Shown here: positions 36,057 through 49,109 of the stretch, in pieces
How positions within the stretch are numbered: the stretch's first letter is position 1
Layout: each line of letters opens with the position of its first letter
Source of the DNA: Raillietiella orientalis
Taxonomy: Eukaryota
NCBI GenBank assembly: GCA_036172245.1
Contig: JAYWIR010000001.1
Coordinates: 6,510,001 to 6,574,000, forward strand
Length of the DNA stretch: 64,000 nucleotides
Direction of reading: 5' to 3'
Notes under the pieces: model-generated
Database searches by the model: none
What the model was told of the DNA's origin: nothing
The model's input: the letters and a program-made list of their open reading frames with translations, nothing else
Program-made: the position numbers and the translations under genes

Positions 36057-37425
36057 TCACCATACACTGAAGAAAAGTAGGCCTTTAAAGTGGCGAACAA
36101 AACCACTTATATTTTTTAAATTCCATCGAAGTAGACTATTCAGCAAGAAACCTGCTTCCTTTTGGAGCAATGTTGCTCCTTTAGTAGAGACAGGCAGGAG
36201 GTGCAAAGAAACTACTTTTGCTGTATTATCACAGGGTGAACATGTGATGGAGGAGTTATAGTCTTGTAAGACAAGATACAGTCCTTCAGATAGAGCTTGA
36301 TCAAGTGTGTACTTCCAAGTTTGTGGGCTAGGTTCATCCAAAAGTTCTTGCAAATCCTGAAGTGTGATTCTCTCTCCTTCTACTCCTATTATGGCTGCCA
36401 TCATTCTTCTAATCTATGTACGAAATACAGAAACCACCCAACAGGAAATTTTTACCTGGCATCATGGAAAACCTGTGGATTTGAAAGTGATGAAAAAGTA
36501 GCATAGCATATAAGGGAACACATAGTTCACCTAACATGCCCCTTGCAGGTGTTATCAGATAGTTCTCATAGTAGTTACTTCTATATTCCTCTTGGAAGTC
36601 TTCATGAAAGATGCAAAGTCATGTAAGCCCTGCAGAAGAGTAAGAGCTTTCATGGCTAGGTCAATGTTGAATGGCTGGCTGAGGAATGTAATGTTTACAT
36701 TTGTACCACTCACCCCATGCAACTACATCTATTAGCTTCAGTAATGGGTGGAACTGATGTTTGATTTAGGTATCTGGCAACTGGAGAGTAAGATTCTGAA
36801 GAAACGAGACAGTGCAAGTACATTTTCAGCTGGATACTCTTTTAGATGCTGAAATCCTCTGCAACATATAGAACTCTTCTCAGTCTGTGGATACATTCTC
36901 CAAATCACAAATTGTACAACAGTCACTTCCCACACCTGATGGGCACTTCCTTTGAGATAAAGTTGTTGAAACTTATGAAGACAAAGTAAGCACAATGGTA
37001 AGCAGAAGACCAATTAGGATGATGGAGCCAGGTATGGGCTGAAGAATAAAGAGCATAGACTCCTGCATCTGTCCTAAAAGTAAGCACACTTCTAAATCAC
37101 AATAGAAATCAACTATAAAAATCATTTCTCAACCTGGAACACAAATAGACCTGGGGTGTGAAGAGCCATTTGCGGCTGCCATTGCAAACTAACAATGCAC
37201 ATCAAAACTTATACAAACTCACTCAAATACAAAATGGATACATTACTATTTCTTGAGACATACGCTGATAAATCAGCTTCTTTAATTTCTTGCTGTAATG
37301 CACTACGCAGTGCACTGAATCGATCATATTGCAACCTGTCTTCCGCAGCCAGCTAAATTAAAAAAATCAATTCATCACTCCTCAAAAGGGAGGTACTAAT
37401 TTGTACATGAGGCTTATTTTGGCAT
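36057..37425 (-). pseudogene. PUSL1: Unprocessed pseudogene of tRNA pseudouridine synthase-like 1 (TruA family)
   Basis: Spliced translation gives CSRTDAGVYALYSSAH (TruA catalytic motif, across intron 37074-37133), LLQGLHDFASF, TTMRTI, FKSTGFP*CQ/IRRMMAAII (intron 36414-36455) and EGLYLV. In-frame stops at 36842-36844 and 36462-36464, and a disrupted N-terminus. Confidence 0.8.
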
Positions 37426-38768
37426 TTCTTTTCAACAGGAATCAGATGGAAACACGTGTTACAGTTCGTATTTTTACAAAGATGACCCTTAGAATGAAAC
37501 AAAAATCGAACGAACGTTTGGTTCCCACGCACTATTAAGGTGGTAAGGGAATTTACTTACGAAACATTTCTTTCCAAATACTGCAAATGGACAAGGGCTT
37601 GTGAAGGCAAAAGGCAATGTGCTCCCTACGAAATTACTTTTTGCTCGGGGGCGTAAGAAACAGCTGCGCCACCAGAATCGCACCGATTTCCAGGGGCCAC
37701 CGAGGAGCCGCAACCTTCGCTTGAATTCACCGAAACCGTGCTCAGCGCGGATGACCACCGGCCGGAGGCGCGCAAGGAGTTCGGGAGCAGAGAAGACTTC
37801 CGGGTCTTCTGCAGGCACGTGGCGAGAAGAGCGGTCAGCCGAATGGAAGCAATTCGGCTCGTTTTCTGAAAACGCGTGCTTTCGTGTGAGATCTCTGCAG
37901 GACCGATGTTTCCTGAAGGTTAATCATGATTCCATTGTACGGAGGCACTCGGAGGGGGTGTACCCCTATTTAGTTTCCTGCGACTATGAAGTGATAGCAC
38001 CGCAGAAAGGGATGAGTCACATTCAGGGAAGGTGCTTTCACCATCATGGTGTGAAAGGAACCGGCACATTTTCCCTGCAAGTAGGTGGGAAGCTTTTGAT
38101 CCCGGCAAAAGTTAAGACCAGGATACCATGCCTGATAAAAGAAAAAAGGAAACTCCAGCGAACACCGTTATTTTGACCGAGAAAACGCTGTATATTTTAG
38201 ACAGTGCTACTGTACTCGGCGAGATATGCGATCTGGTTGCTTCGGCTTGAATTTCGGTAAAATTGCAATCTTTCGTTATAGTTAACATCTTTGTTTAACC
38301 CCTTTGTTTCGCGTAAAACCGTGGACTGTGGCATTTTTCCAATTGAAGCCATTGAAGGATGTGCAGTCATGGTGACCATAAAGTGCGGACTCTTGGACTG
38401 TTGCAAGAAGGCTTGGGTTCATGTTCAAGGAATTTTTCTTTTGGCATGAAACTCAAGTTCTCATAGTTTATGACCGGAAGGCTTCCTGCAAGACCACTTG
38501 CAAAGGGCATGCTGGATGAACTACGTGATCCCTTGTGCTTCAGTCCCCTGGGTTTCCTCGGTGCCAACTGACCTAAGCATATCGAAATTCAATGCTGCCA
38601 CTTTGCGTTTCGTTTGTTCCATCCTGTTGAGAAGGAAAATGGACGGGAGTTGTGCCAACTCCTCGGGAATGTCCACTTGAAGGAAAGGATCAGTGAGTGG
38701 ACCGAATCTAGCACTCCAAAGAAAGGGGAAAGTAGGTACAGGTGCTCAAACCCGTATCTGATAAGCTA

Positions 38769-39187
38769 AACACTAAATTCATCTAACGTTGAATTCATCC
38801 AACACGAAATTTTCCCAGCACGAAACTTATTTAAAACGATATTTATCGAACAGAAGATTCATCCTACACGAAATTTTTCAAGAAGAAATTTTTTCGAATG
38901 AAACTTTCACAACACGAAATTCATCTAACACGACGTTTATCCTACACGCAAGATTTTTTTTTTCACGCGAAAATTTTACAGCAGGAAATTTGTTTGAAAC
39001 AAAATATACCCAACACGAGTTTATTAACACCTTTCCACACGTTACCTTTATAACACGAAATGTATTCGAAACGAAATGCGTCCAACACGACACTCTTCGG
39101 ACACGAAATTTATCCAACACCAAACTCATTCAACATGCGATTTTTTCACACGAAACATTTGCAACACCAAATTCACCCAACACCATT
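38769..39187. repeat. Degenerate 15-16-nt minisatellite (approx. consensus ACACGAAATTCATCCA), roughly 27 units
   Basis: Recurring ACACGAAA/ACACGA cores at 15-16 nt spacing. Confidence 0.85.
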
Positions 39188-39199
39188 CGGCGGCCTCGG

Positions 39200-42100
39200 T
39201 GGAACAGCCTGCTCACCAGCACTCTCGCCTTCGTCCAGTCTTGAGGCAGGCCGCCGGACCCTGCCTGCGGGCTGTTCGGTTCTCTTCAGCTAGGGGGAGT
39301 CCTCCGGCCGTCGTTGGACCTCTGTGGGGCTCTGCGTGTGGCGGTGTCCGCTGGGCGCCTGGGAGCACGCGAACACGGCACTTCTCTTCCCATCCGGGCA
39401 TCTTCTCCTCTGCACGTTGCTTTTTGTCCACTTCGTTTCTCGAGTGCCATATGCGTGCCTTGACCTGGGTCCGTTCAGGTGCACTCTGGACATCCCTGCG
39501 TCCTACAGGGATCGTCGCGCTTTCTCGACATCTCCTGGCTCGCAGGTCCAAGGAGGCAACCGACACGATGACGACCTCTTCTACCTCTCGGTTGTTTCGG
39601 ATGCATCCGTGCCGTGCGTTTTCTTCCGTGCAGCAACCGAGTGCCGAGCGGTCGATGGCCTCTCCGGAAATCTCCCAACTTTGAGAAATCCCCATGGGAT
39701 CTTCCTTTGATCAGAGCACGGTGCTGCGTTGACCAGGGAGGAATCCCAGCTTCCCAGGTTATGGCAGTGTTCGGCACAGATTGCCTGTTGCCATGACTGC
39801 AGGCTGCGATGCAACTCGAGTGTGTGAGCATCAGAAAATTCCTTACGCAGAGCGTAGAAGCGCCTCTCAACTGCCCTGTCCCGTACCAGATGCACTCCGG
39901 AAGGCATGTCGCGCTGCTCCTCCACAAGAGAGCTTCTTCTATGGAGTCTCTCTCCCAGAGATGCTGACGCGGGATGAGACGTGGACGCGAGGTTCCTGCC
40001 GCGTCCTTATTCACAGCTCTGTCTTCCCTGAGTAAAATCTATGATAGCAACCCGCAGTCAGAGTGAGCTCTCCTGCAGTATCTCACAGACGCTGAAACTC
40101 CCTGTCGGATGAACGGCATTCCAGATGGCCAATACGGCCACCAGAAGCGCTGCTCCCAGGGGACTCGACTCACTCTCTCCGAGTGGAACTGGCGATGACC
40201 TGCCCTCATGCCTGAAGTCCTCGGTGCTCATCTTCACATGCAGAAGGCGATGACATTTCCCTACGAAAAGCCCTGTGAGGAAAAGGGAGTTCAGAGTCCA
40301 TTCGACAGCCTTGTGGAGATCTACATCGGGACGGTGAACTTGGCCTCTTCACGTTAAAGCCAATGGAGCGTCAGCTCCGGTTCGAGAAACCCGCTGTCGA
40401 GGCGAAGCCATGGACCTTAACGGGCTGCTCGACGAGGATAAGAGGCGCGCGCGCGGAATGAGGGAGGAAGACGGGGAAGTCTTGCGCACTTTCGACCACG
40501 CTTTACTTCAGGATATCCACCTCCCTATCCCCAGCAGGAAGTGCAGTATGTGAGGAGAGATGCGGAGGGAAAGCTGCACTGGCGGATCGGCATCGAGTCC
40601 TCGTAAAGGGTGGCCTTCTTTCGGCAGCCGACCATTCCGTAAGCCATGCGCGAGTGCGTTCGGACGAGATTGGTCGAGTGGCTCATTTCTTCTCAAGTGG
40701 TCCAGCTCGATAGACCCCGTTGTAACGAGCATCCATGCGCCCAGAGGCAGGCTGCTCTACGGAGCCAGGTATCCGTTCTTGTGCGACCTCGGGCGTCAGT
40801 GGCTGAACTCCGCGAGCCTCGGTGTCGCTCACTTGATAGCGGGCGGCATCAACGTCCACTCACCTGCTGTCCTGGAAACAGGCCGTGCTGCTCTTTCTGG
40901 ACTGAGGATTCTCCAGCGCACCTCGCGTCTCGGTGGTCCCCAACTGTGCCAGATGCGGATCGGCGGAGTCGATCCCGCTGCCCCTGCTTTTGAAGTGTGG
41001 CGCCCTCCGGCAGCTGTGGTGGAGGCTGGTGTGAGCTCTATAGCGACAGGAACACACCGCCCGCGGCCTGCTGCGGTTCTTCGCGCCGGGGGACTTTTGA
41101 CGGGATCGCAACCGCCGGTTGCCCACTGCCATTGCCTTCCCATAAAGAAGACAGTGCTGCGGACAAAGGTGTGGAGGTGCAGGGCCCATTTTGTCGGTTC
41201 GTCAACGATTCTCTGCAGGGGCATCTTGTCGAACCACTGGACCAGCACGAGATCTTCAGGGATGGTGCTGCTCAACCTTTCCCACATATCCACGGATTCC
41301 TGCCTCCAGTTATGAAAGTTCAAAGAGTAACAGGAGATACATTCGTTGCATTTCCGCAGGGAAGCACCACTGCTGATTCTGTGCCTTCTCCTTCGGGAAG
41401 AGTCTTCGAAAAGCTGCAACTCCATTCTCTCCAACTCAAGAATGTCGAGTCTTGCATCCCTCCGTGGAGCAGCAATAAATTCGGGGCGAATGAGGGGATG
41501 CAAGGCGTCCCAAGGGGAATTCCTCAACCGTCCTTCGGTCTGTTGTCCCGCCTCAGCAGGAGGGGGACAAACAAAAATCAGGGAACTGGAGGGAGCAACA
41601 AAAATGTTCTAGATCGTGACCCCAGCATGCTGCTTGGAGCCTGAGCGCTCGATTTTTGGGCCCCTTTTTAACTGAGGGTGCCTTTTCTCGCCGCACACCT
41701 CTCTTCCCACAAATTACAAACCTACGGATTTCCCGCCGATCGTCAGCTATGTGCGGGAATCCTCGCTTCCGTCTTTTCGGCGGCAATGCGTGCCGCGGCA
41801 AGCCGCAATGCTGAAAGAAGCTAAGGGTTTCGACGGGTTTCCTTTTTTCCAGGAAGCGTGCATGTTCTCGCATCCCGCTAACGAGTTCACGATGTCGCAG
41901 TCCAACACACTGAAGGGAATTTCCGCAAGCCCCATCCTCCGTGATGGGGAAGGCGCTTTTTCCCCCGATGCTGAAAGGCGTGCGGAGGAGGTCTATGGTG
42001 AGTTCTGCACTTCTGGACGCGACGTCCCATACGCCGCTCCCGTCCGGCATGATAAGGGACTGCAGGTCCTCACAGACGCCTCCCCTTTCCAGCTTGCATT

Positions 42101-42560
42101 CGAGCTGTCGCACTGCTCCCTTTGAAGGGCCTACCTTATAGGAGACTGTAAGTTTATAGTCCCGGGCTATACATGCCAGCATCCCCGCGTACGGCGGGGG
42201 TCACCCCTTGGCTACTGCTGCCACGGCGACGTTGCTCCGCAAGCCTGGACATGGAAAGGAGACTTCCTGTTCTTCTCCTTCCGGCTACCCATCCTGCAGA
42301 GTGAACTGCTTCGCCATCGGCGTGGTGGCAGGTGGATTACCAACCGGAGATGGCTTCTTTGTCCAATCCGGCATACCACACTTACTATCGCATGACCACA
42401 CGAAAAAGAGATCACAGAACGACAAAGACATCCTTCTCCGAGAGGCACAACGCACTTTGCGAGCCAACGAACCTTCGGAGAGCTGCTCGCCCGGGTCACG
42501 GACTCAACAACAAGAACCCCCTCCCCTTTTTTCGAAGCACACGAAAACCACGTGTGTCTG
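39200..42560 (-). mobile_element. Degenerate L1/Tx1-like ORF2 (APE endonuclease, linker, RT)
   Basis: Ordered remnants: AVRGDAG (GGDFN-like), ASWKKGNPS (WKLN-like), RISSGASLRKCNECISCYSL (IRSRxxWxExGEKxxxYF-like), QKSPG, LPKEGHPL, VDLHKAVE (LDxEKAFD-like). Many frameshifts. Confidence 0.6.
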
Positions 42561-43389
42561 CTAGAGGGCGGAGATGGCTGCAACGACAAGCAGGAAAGGT
42601 GTAAGGGAGGGGAGGAGGAAACAAAGGAACGAGAGTCGGCGCTGTTGGCTCCCCGAAGGAGTCGAAACGGCCCTGCGCAGAGAGTGACTCGTACAATACA
42701 ACTGCAATGAGGTTTCAAAAGCTGGTACGTCTTTTTCAGTTATTCTGCTGATGTTAGTCCTAAAGCATGGTCGGCCGCATACAGTGCCCAAGTGCTCACG
42801 TGGAATCTCCCAGCGGCTTCGTTCGAAAGTGTCTGCTTGCTGGTGAGAAATTCCATGCTCCATCTGGTTCCCACCTGGATTGAACAGAGCTGCAAGCACA
42901 GCTGCAGATTCTTTTCCTCTGCCTTCGGTTGAGTCTTTTGTTACACTTTGAGGTGCCTTAGACGCTGAAGGCAGCGCAGGATCATCTACTTCTTGATTTG
43001 TCCACGTTTACGTTTTCTCTTTGCTGTCTGACGCATCCATTCTGCTGCTGCCGTCTTTCGTACCTTCTGAACTTGTTTACGCTTCGCTCCATGCCGTTCT
43101 ACACGCGTGGTTTCAGTAGCTCGCAGCCGACGTCACCGGTCCGATGCTGGGAATGAACTCATGCGATCCTTTGGAGCCACAATACTGCATGATTCTGGTT
43201 CCTTGATTTTCACTTAAATTATCGACATGCCGGTGGAACACAAAGGAATACTGACGTCGCGGAGGAGCCAGATGTTCATCAGCTAGGCAAACAGAGCGGA
43301 CTCTGGAAAACAGAGCGACCAGCTGACGGCAAGAAGCCTTTTTTTCACCTCTTTGAAGGGATTACTAAGCAAAACTCGGTTCTTAATCG

Positions 43390-43890
43390 CGTTTTCATAC
43401 AAAGGGGCATCGCTCCATGGACCCGCAACTGGTGGTTTTGATACAATATGCTAACACCTTCGGCCCACTATCTCTTGCATTCCTAAGACAGACGCCTCCG
43501 TATTCGCGAAGCGGCAAGGTTTCGTGGAACCTTTCCAGAATCCGCACACTGATATTTCCACACGCTTTCCATTACAGAAAGGGATTACAAGACGTTTCCT
43601 TGTACAGCAAGGGATCAAACAGGACTGCTCCTTAAGTTCCCTACTTCTTCAAACAACCATCGAGTCCGTATTGCGCAAAGTTTTGGGATGGACGTTTCTT
43701 CTCTGCTCATCCATGCAGAATCCAAGCAAGGACTAAAGAGAAGGTTATTGAACTTCGAAAGTTGGACAATAAGCGCAGGCCTACTCATTAGAAAACCTCC
43801 TAGCTGCAGCTTCCATTCAAGTGACAACCCTAATCTGCTGCCTTCTGTCACGCCAAGTTCGCTGCTAAATGCTGAAGTGACCCAATGATG
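43390..43890 (+). mobile_element. RT fragment of an R2/NeSL-like (RLE-type) non-LTR element
   Basis: IQYANTFGPLS (DLANAFGSV-like) and FLVQQGIKQDCSLSSLLLQTTIESVLR (GVKQGCPLSPLLFNxxIEPLLR-like). Confidence 0.6.
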
Positions 43891-43949
43891 TTCGCTGTCT
43901 AAGGTTCACGTGAATAGCAAAAAAAAAATGGATTCCCTCCAACTTCTGT

Positions 43950-45700
43950 TCCAGACGACAGCGACCGTGACGGCAGTCTGAGGTTGAGGCTTGTGGTTGT
44001 CAGAAAAGTTCATGCACGCATGCGCATCGCGAGATGGTTTTCCGCGTGGAGTATACGACAGAGGCACCCTACGTGCGGGCAGCGGTACACCATTGATGTG
44101 AGACTCGCGATGTTGATCTCATGGGGAAACAGCATGGGATGTCTTGCTATTTCCGGTCTTCATGTTCCTTCAAGTGACAACACGAATACGCTGCGTACAG
44201 CCACGCGAAGATCGTTGATTGATGCTGGAATCACGGAATGTCGCTGGCGATCTGGCATGCAAGTGAAAAGTAGGGCATGCGATTTCTCCAATTTCTTTTC
44301 CAGGCAACACTGACGCGTCGCAGATGAGATCGGCAATCACATCTTTCTCCAAAGCGCAGTCACACTGCATCTTGAAACAAGGCAATTGGAATTTGGAAAT
44401 GGGAAAGTATTTGGAATACCAACTCCCAAAGAACAAGACCCACCCGCATTTCCTGCAATCCGATGTCATTAGTTTCTGGGTGCCATCAGATTCAGGCAAC
44501 CACCGGATGACCGAACTGAAGAAGTGGAGTGTGCTGTTTCAAAATCGAATACTTGGAAGAAAATTGTTGCTACTACTGGCATCGATTCGAGCAGAAATCT
44601 CACACGTCAACTTTGTGCATTTCAGTCCTCTCCATAACAACGATATCCACACGGAGTTGAGATATTATCACGATGCCAACAAACCATCACATCTATTACG
44701 AGTACTATAGTTGCGAGTGAATCCCTGTAAGAGCCCAATCCAACAGCGTATCGTCCACTCTGATGACCACAAAAAACACATGCATCGAGGGATATAGAAA
44801 CCAGAAAAGCTGTGAAGTCACTGGACGGAGATGGAAAGATAACAGAGCATTCAGTTTCATTCAGTCTTTTTTCTAAGACTGGTCTCCTCTAGGAAGAACT
44901 CTCTGCATCGTAGAAAGCATCAGCCACCGGCATGCATTCAATGCTGTCTGAAGGCCACTGGAATAGGAGGACACGGATTGGGAATGCCGAATGACGGTGG
45001 CACAGCCGTTTTCAGCTAACGTGTCCCGATGGCTGCGACTTTGAAGAAGAATGAGGTAGCGGGAACGAACTCTGGCAGCCTTCCATCGAGGCTGGCAACC
45101 CCGCAAGCTCCATTTTTCCTGTGAACTCGGCATTTAAAGAAGGCCGCAAGTCTGCGACGTACGTCGACTGCCGTGCCAGTCCCAGGGCTCCTCACTTTGC
45201 AGGAATTGCACGCATCGGGAGAAGAACCAAATATTCTTCTCTCGAAACTACATTCTCGCACCTCCAACTATTTGCAAAAGAAGACCAACTCTTGGAGAAG
45301 AACTCCGCTCGATGCAAATTTTCATCCGACGCAAAGTACTCACTGCACCCACAGAGACGGGAAACACCACGGAATTTTTGAGCCGAGTAATTTTCCAACT
45401 GCACTTTGCTACACGGCAGTTCTGTCCATCTCCAGCAGACTTTCAAACATTCGAACATAGTGTTCCTTATCAACGACATTTCTCTCGACTTTCTGAAGAT
45501 GGATAACGGTGTTCTCTGAATTCCTGGGTGGTAAAACAACTTCGGTTGCTCGCGAGCATCTGGATAAAGACTTCACAAGGATTCTGCTTATGCACGCACG
45601 TGCTGGAAGCTGTGCAAAAGAGAGCGGGTTGAGGGAAATCCGAAAACTTGTGTCCCTCCATGAAAGAACGGAAGTATCAAGAGGGTGTCAGATTTTTGGA
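43950..45700 (+). mobile_element. Degenerate L1/Tx1-like RT C-terminal half
   Basis: GKYLEYQL (KYLGI-like), LKKWSVLFQNRILGRKLL (WxxxxLSxxGRxxL-like), FCPSPADFQTFEH (zf-RVT-like). Confidence 0.45.
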
Positions 45701-46357
45701 GACCCACAACATCCACGCATAAGCATTTTGCTAGCTTGGTCCAGAGTTTTTCCGTTTGCTTATTCCGTTTCGCTCATTTCAGATAAAAACACGAGTTCTG
45801 AGGTCTCTGAAAAGTTCAGGCGCGCGCTTGAAACGAAGAACATCCACAGATCTGAAGTGCTTTGACTGAAAACTAAAGAACCGCTGCTTGGGAAAGGCCA
45901 TGATGCTCTTGAAGCAAAGGACATCTCTCGTTGCTTCCAGCCTGCCGACAAAGGAAACAGGGATTCGGTTTTTCCCTGAGGCATCTGTCTTCATCCATGA
46001 AATGCTGCTTCTCTCAGAACTGGAATGTCTGACGGCAAAAAGCACTGGAGTCCTGGGCTACAACTCTAGGAGTGCATCGATACGAACCTCGTCCTCTTTG
46101 GGGAAGAATAATGCAATCCACTAGGAGATCTCTTGAAGGATTGCACCTAGTGCCAACTTGTCACATCACCGTTTATCGTCAAGGAGAACAAAATGCGAAT
46201 GACAGTGCTCATTCCTAGGAATGGGAGCTCTCTTGCAACACTGAAAGAGTCCAGAAAGTTCTTGACGGCAGCGAGGCAGTTGGATTGGCGAACGCTGCCC
46301 CTCTTCGTTTCCGGACAAATGGACTCCTTCGGAGGAATGACCTCTTCGGTTTAACAA

Positions 46358-47450
46358 CCGGTAACGCCAGGGTGTTAATCATAAAAATAATAAACATACG
46401 TGTGTGGGGTCATCAACCCTACATTATCCGAAAATGTTCGAAACCTGCTGAGTAACCGGCACGCAGGCTGGCGAGGTTCGGCTCGGCAGCGGAGGGTGAA
46501 GGAGAAAACAAATATAGAAATCAATAATAATGAAAAACTCTGAAGGCACGAAATAGGATCACTGTCCGCTATAGAGCGTCCTCTGTATCCTTTCTAGGGT
46601 GCCGACAAGTTCCATCCGAGTATGCCCCAGGTGGGGCCATCTTGCTGCCATCCTCATGGAGCGCAGGGAGAAGTATATGGCGTCCCTATCGCGTCGCCCT
46701 CTTCTCACGTAGTTCCAGGCCTCCACAATCCCATGTAGGAAGCAAAGAGCTTCTAGGGATCCGCCAGGCGAAAGGGCATCGCTCACGAAGAGCGCTTCAA
46801 CACGTCCCTGGGGTTGTCCGTTGGTGTACCGAGGACCGTTGAGTCACGCAACCACAAGGGCCGGAGAGCAACACAGTCTACAAGCAGGTGCGGGAGAAAT
46901 TCTCATTCCCGCACCTGCGGAAGGTGGTGTCCACAGCCCCCCGGGTCCAGTGAAAGCGGCGGGCGTTGCACGCGATACCCCAGTGCAACTGCACAAGTGA
47001 CGACTTCTGCCACATCAGGGGAGAGCCCGGCTCAGAGCTGGGGGCCACTCGAGGTCTTGTGGGATCCCCAAGAGCTCACCCTAGTATAATAGGCCTTTCG
47101 GTGAGGCAATTGGGTCGCAGCGTCCGTGAGCTGGCCCGTGGTCCGATCACCGAATTCCTTTGGTCTTCCACCGATCTCACATCAGACTTCCCATTTGGCC
47201 GGCTGGTTGCTGCCTAAGTGCACTCTGAGGAACGTCAGTGCTGTGGCTAGGGAGGTCCTTTCTGCCACGTGGTGGGTTGCATGATGATCTCCTGCAGCGA
47301 GCGGTTGTTGTAGAAGGAGTACAGCAGTCGCTGCTGCATCTCGGGGATCGCTTCGTTGTTCTTAACCCATGTGCGAATGGTTTCCTGCAGCCAGACACTA
47401 CTGCTCGCCGGCAGGCAGAAAATCCAGTTGTTGGTCCTGGTCAGCTTGGA
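46358..47450 (-). mobile_element. L1/Tx1-like 3' end (zf-RVT and 3' UTR)
   Basis: LHWGIACNARRFHW..RRCGNENF on the minus strand. Homologous to 49.5-50.5 kb. Terminal hairpin 46358-46372. Confidence 0.7.
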
Positions 47451-47559
47451 CACTCGCCGCAGATCAGTCCGCAGCGGGGTACTTGCTTCTGCGCCGCCGT
47501 TCCACGGAGACAGTATCGAGTAGCCAGTGGCTCGCTTGACCAGGTATCATGCGGGCTCG

Positions 47560-48300
47560 CATCAGTTCGTGCTACAAAGCTTCGCGACTAGGGCGAGCGT
47601 TCTCACTGGATCTGCCGCCCCAGGCGCTCCAGCGCCAGGAGACCGAGGCCACGGTCGCGACGCGGAGAGCACAAGTCCTTCAGGAGGACTTACGGGGCCT
47701 TCCTGTACCCCACACGGCGATTCTCAGGAGAATGACCTCGGTGTGTGCCTTGAAGACCTCGCGGTCTCTCATCGGTGTCTATAAACACTTCAGTCTTCCT
47801 ATTGCAATGGGAACAGGATGTTCTACTTTTTCTTCGCTGAGAATTCCAGAGCAATCAGCTCAGAAACCTCGTTTCCGAGGGATATGCCTTCCCTAAACTG
47901 CTGCGAGATGGAATCCTTCCCACACCTCCTATTGGACTGCAGTGCTCTGGCGGACTTGTGGCGGCGACTCGCTTCGGCGATGCACCACCCGGAGGGCACC
48001 GCTCTGGGCTTGCTGCAGCGTTTCTTCAAGAGAGGTACCTGACGTTGGGCTCCATGATCGCAGCGCCATCGTCGCAGCCCTTTGCGTGATGGATTCCTGT
48101 CCGCAGCGAAGAAGGCTGCCAGCATGGAGCGTTTCGTCCGACGCCTCGAACTTTGTGGATCGCACATTTCATGGCGTTCTCGGAGTCAGTCACAATCAGA
48201 GGAGCCTCGCTTCTTCGGAAGGCAACATCCCGCTCACGCCAAGCATCCCTGAGAGCGCTTTATAAAGAAACACAACCTTCGCATGCAGGAGAGCGTCGGT
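47560..48300 (+). mobile_element. L1/Tx1-like 3' coding fragment
   Basis: CCEMESFPHLLLDCSALADLWRRLAS zinc finger, with nucleotide similarity to the 11.6-11.9 kb copy. Confidence 0.7.
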
Positions 48301-49109
48301 TCATGGCCGTACCTTTCGTACAAGGAGCAGGTCGAGGGAGATTCATCCGTTGCTTTTTTTTCGACCTGTTTTTTTCCCACACCTACGTGCACCGATTTTC
48401 GGTGACTCCGGGACTTCTCTTTGAGCGTTGTCGCTAAGAACGCACCTTCCCCTCACGGCCGTGTGAGGCGCCGCCTTCATCGCCGCAGCTCAATGGCAGT
48501 CAAGCAAAACTCCAGACTTCTTTCAGAAGAAATAGACACCATTACCCTCAATGAAAAGTCCATAGCCATTTCTCCTTACACCCGTACACTCCATCGGAAA
48601 AGGGAACCTCAATCTCCTAAACACTATTCTCTTCAGCCTCAATGAACTTTCCGAAACGTGTCACTTGCAGCTACATATTCTGAATACTTCCAACCAAAAC
48701 CAAACACCATTTCCTCTTCAAAGATTTACAACATAGTGGAAGGTTTGTGAACTCACCGACAAGGAAACATTATCAGAAGGGTAACATAGCAAGATTTCTT
48801 TGAGTTACAAATTCAGACATCCAAGTACCTACCTTTCTTTGTAGCAGGGCATTCTCAAAGAACTACTGCCCTCCATAACCCACACCTTTCATCGTAACTC
48901 CATGTCATCCCACCACTTTGTGTTACCATATCCATTCTATTGTGTTTGAATGCTAATACCACAGTCAAAACTCTCACACGAGTTAGTACTTCCTTATCTT
49001 TCACTATGCTGTCAATTCCTTCTCCCTGACATCGTGATACCCTCTCATTCTTAACCATTGTGGGTTTCAGCTGAGTGACTTTGTTATCCTGGTGAGAGAA
49101 AATCCGTGG

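Noticed and set aside
36531..36578. Possible 48-nt GT-AG intron removing the TGA-TAA stops in PUSL1
   Set aside because: It would delete the conserved-looking TTMRTI segment, and other stops remain, so it does not rescue the gene.
38789..39244. 151-aa ORF with pentapeptide-like periodicity
   Set aside because: Translation of the 15-16-nt minisatellite.
44752..44827. Hammerhead-like pattern: CTGATGA ... GAAA ... GTC with a 7/8 stem I (CGTCCACT/ACTGGACG)
   Set aside because: Stem II cannot form, stem III is minimal, and it lies within an L1-like coding relic, so probably chance. An Infernal hammerhead search would settle it.
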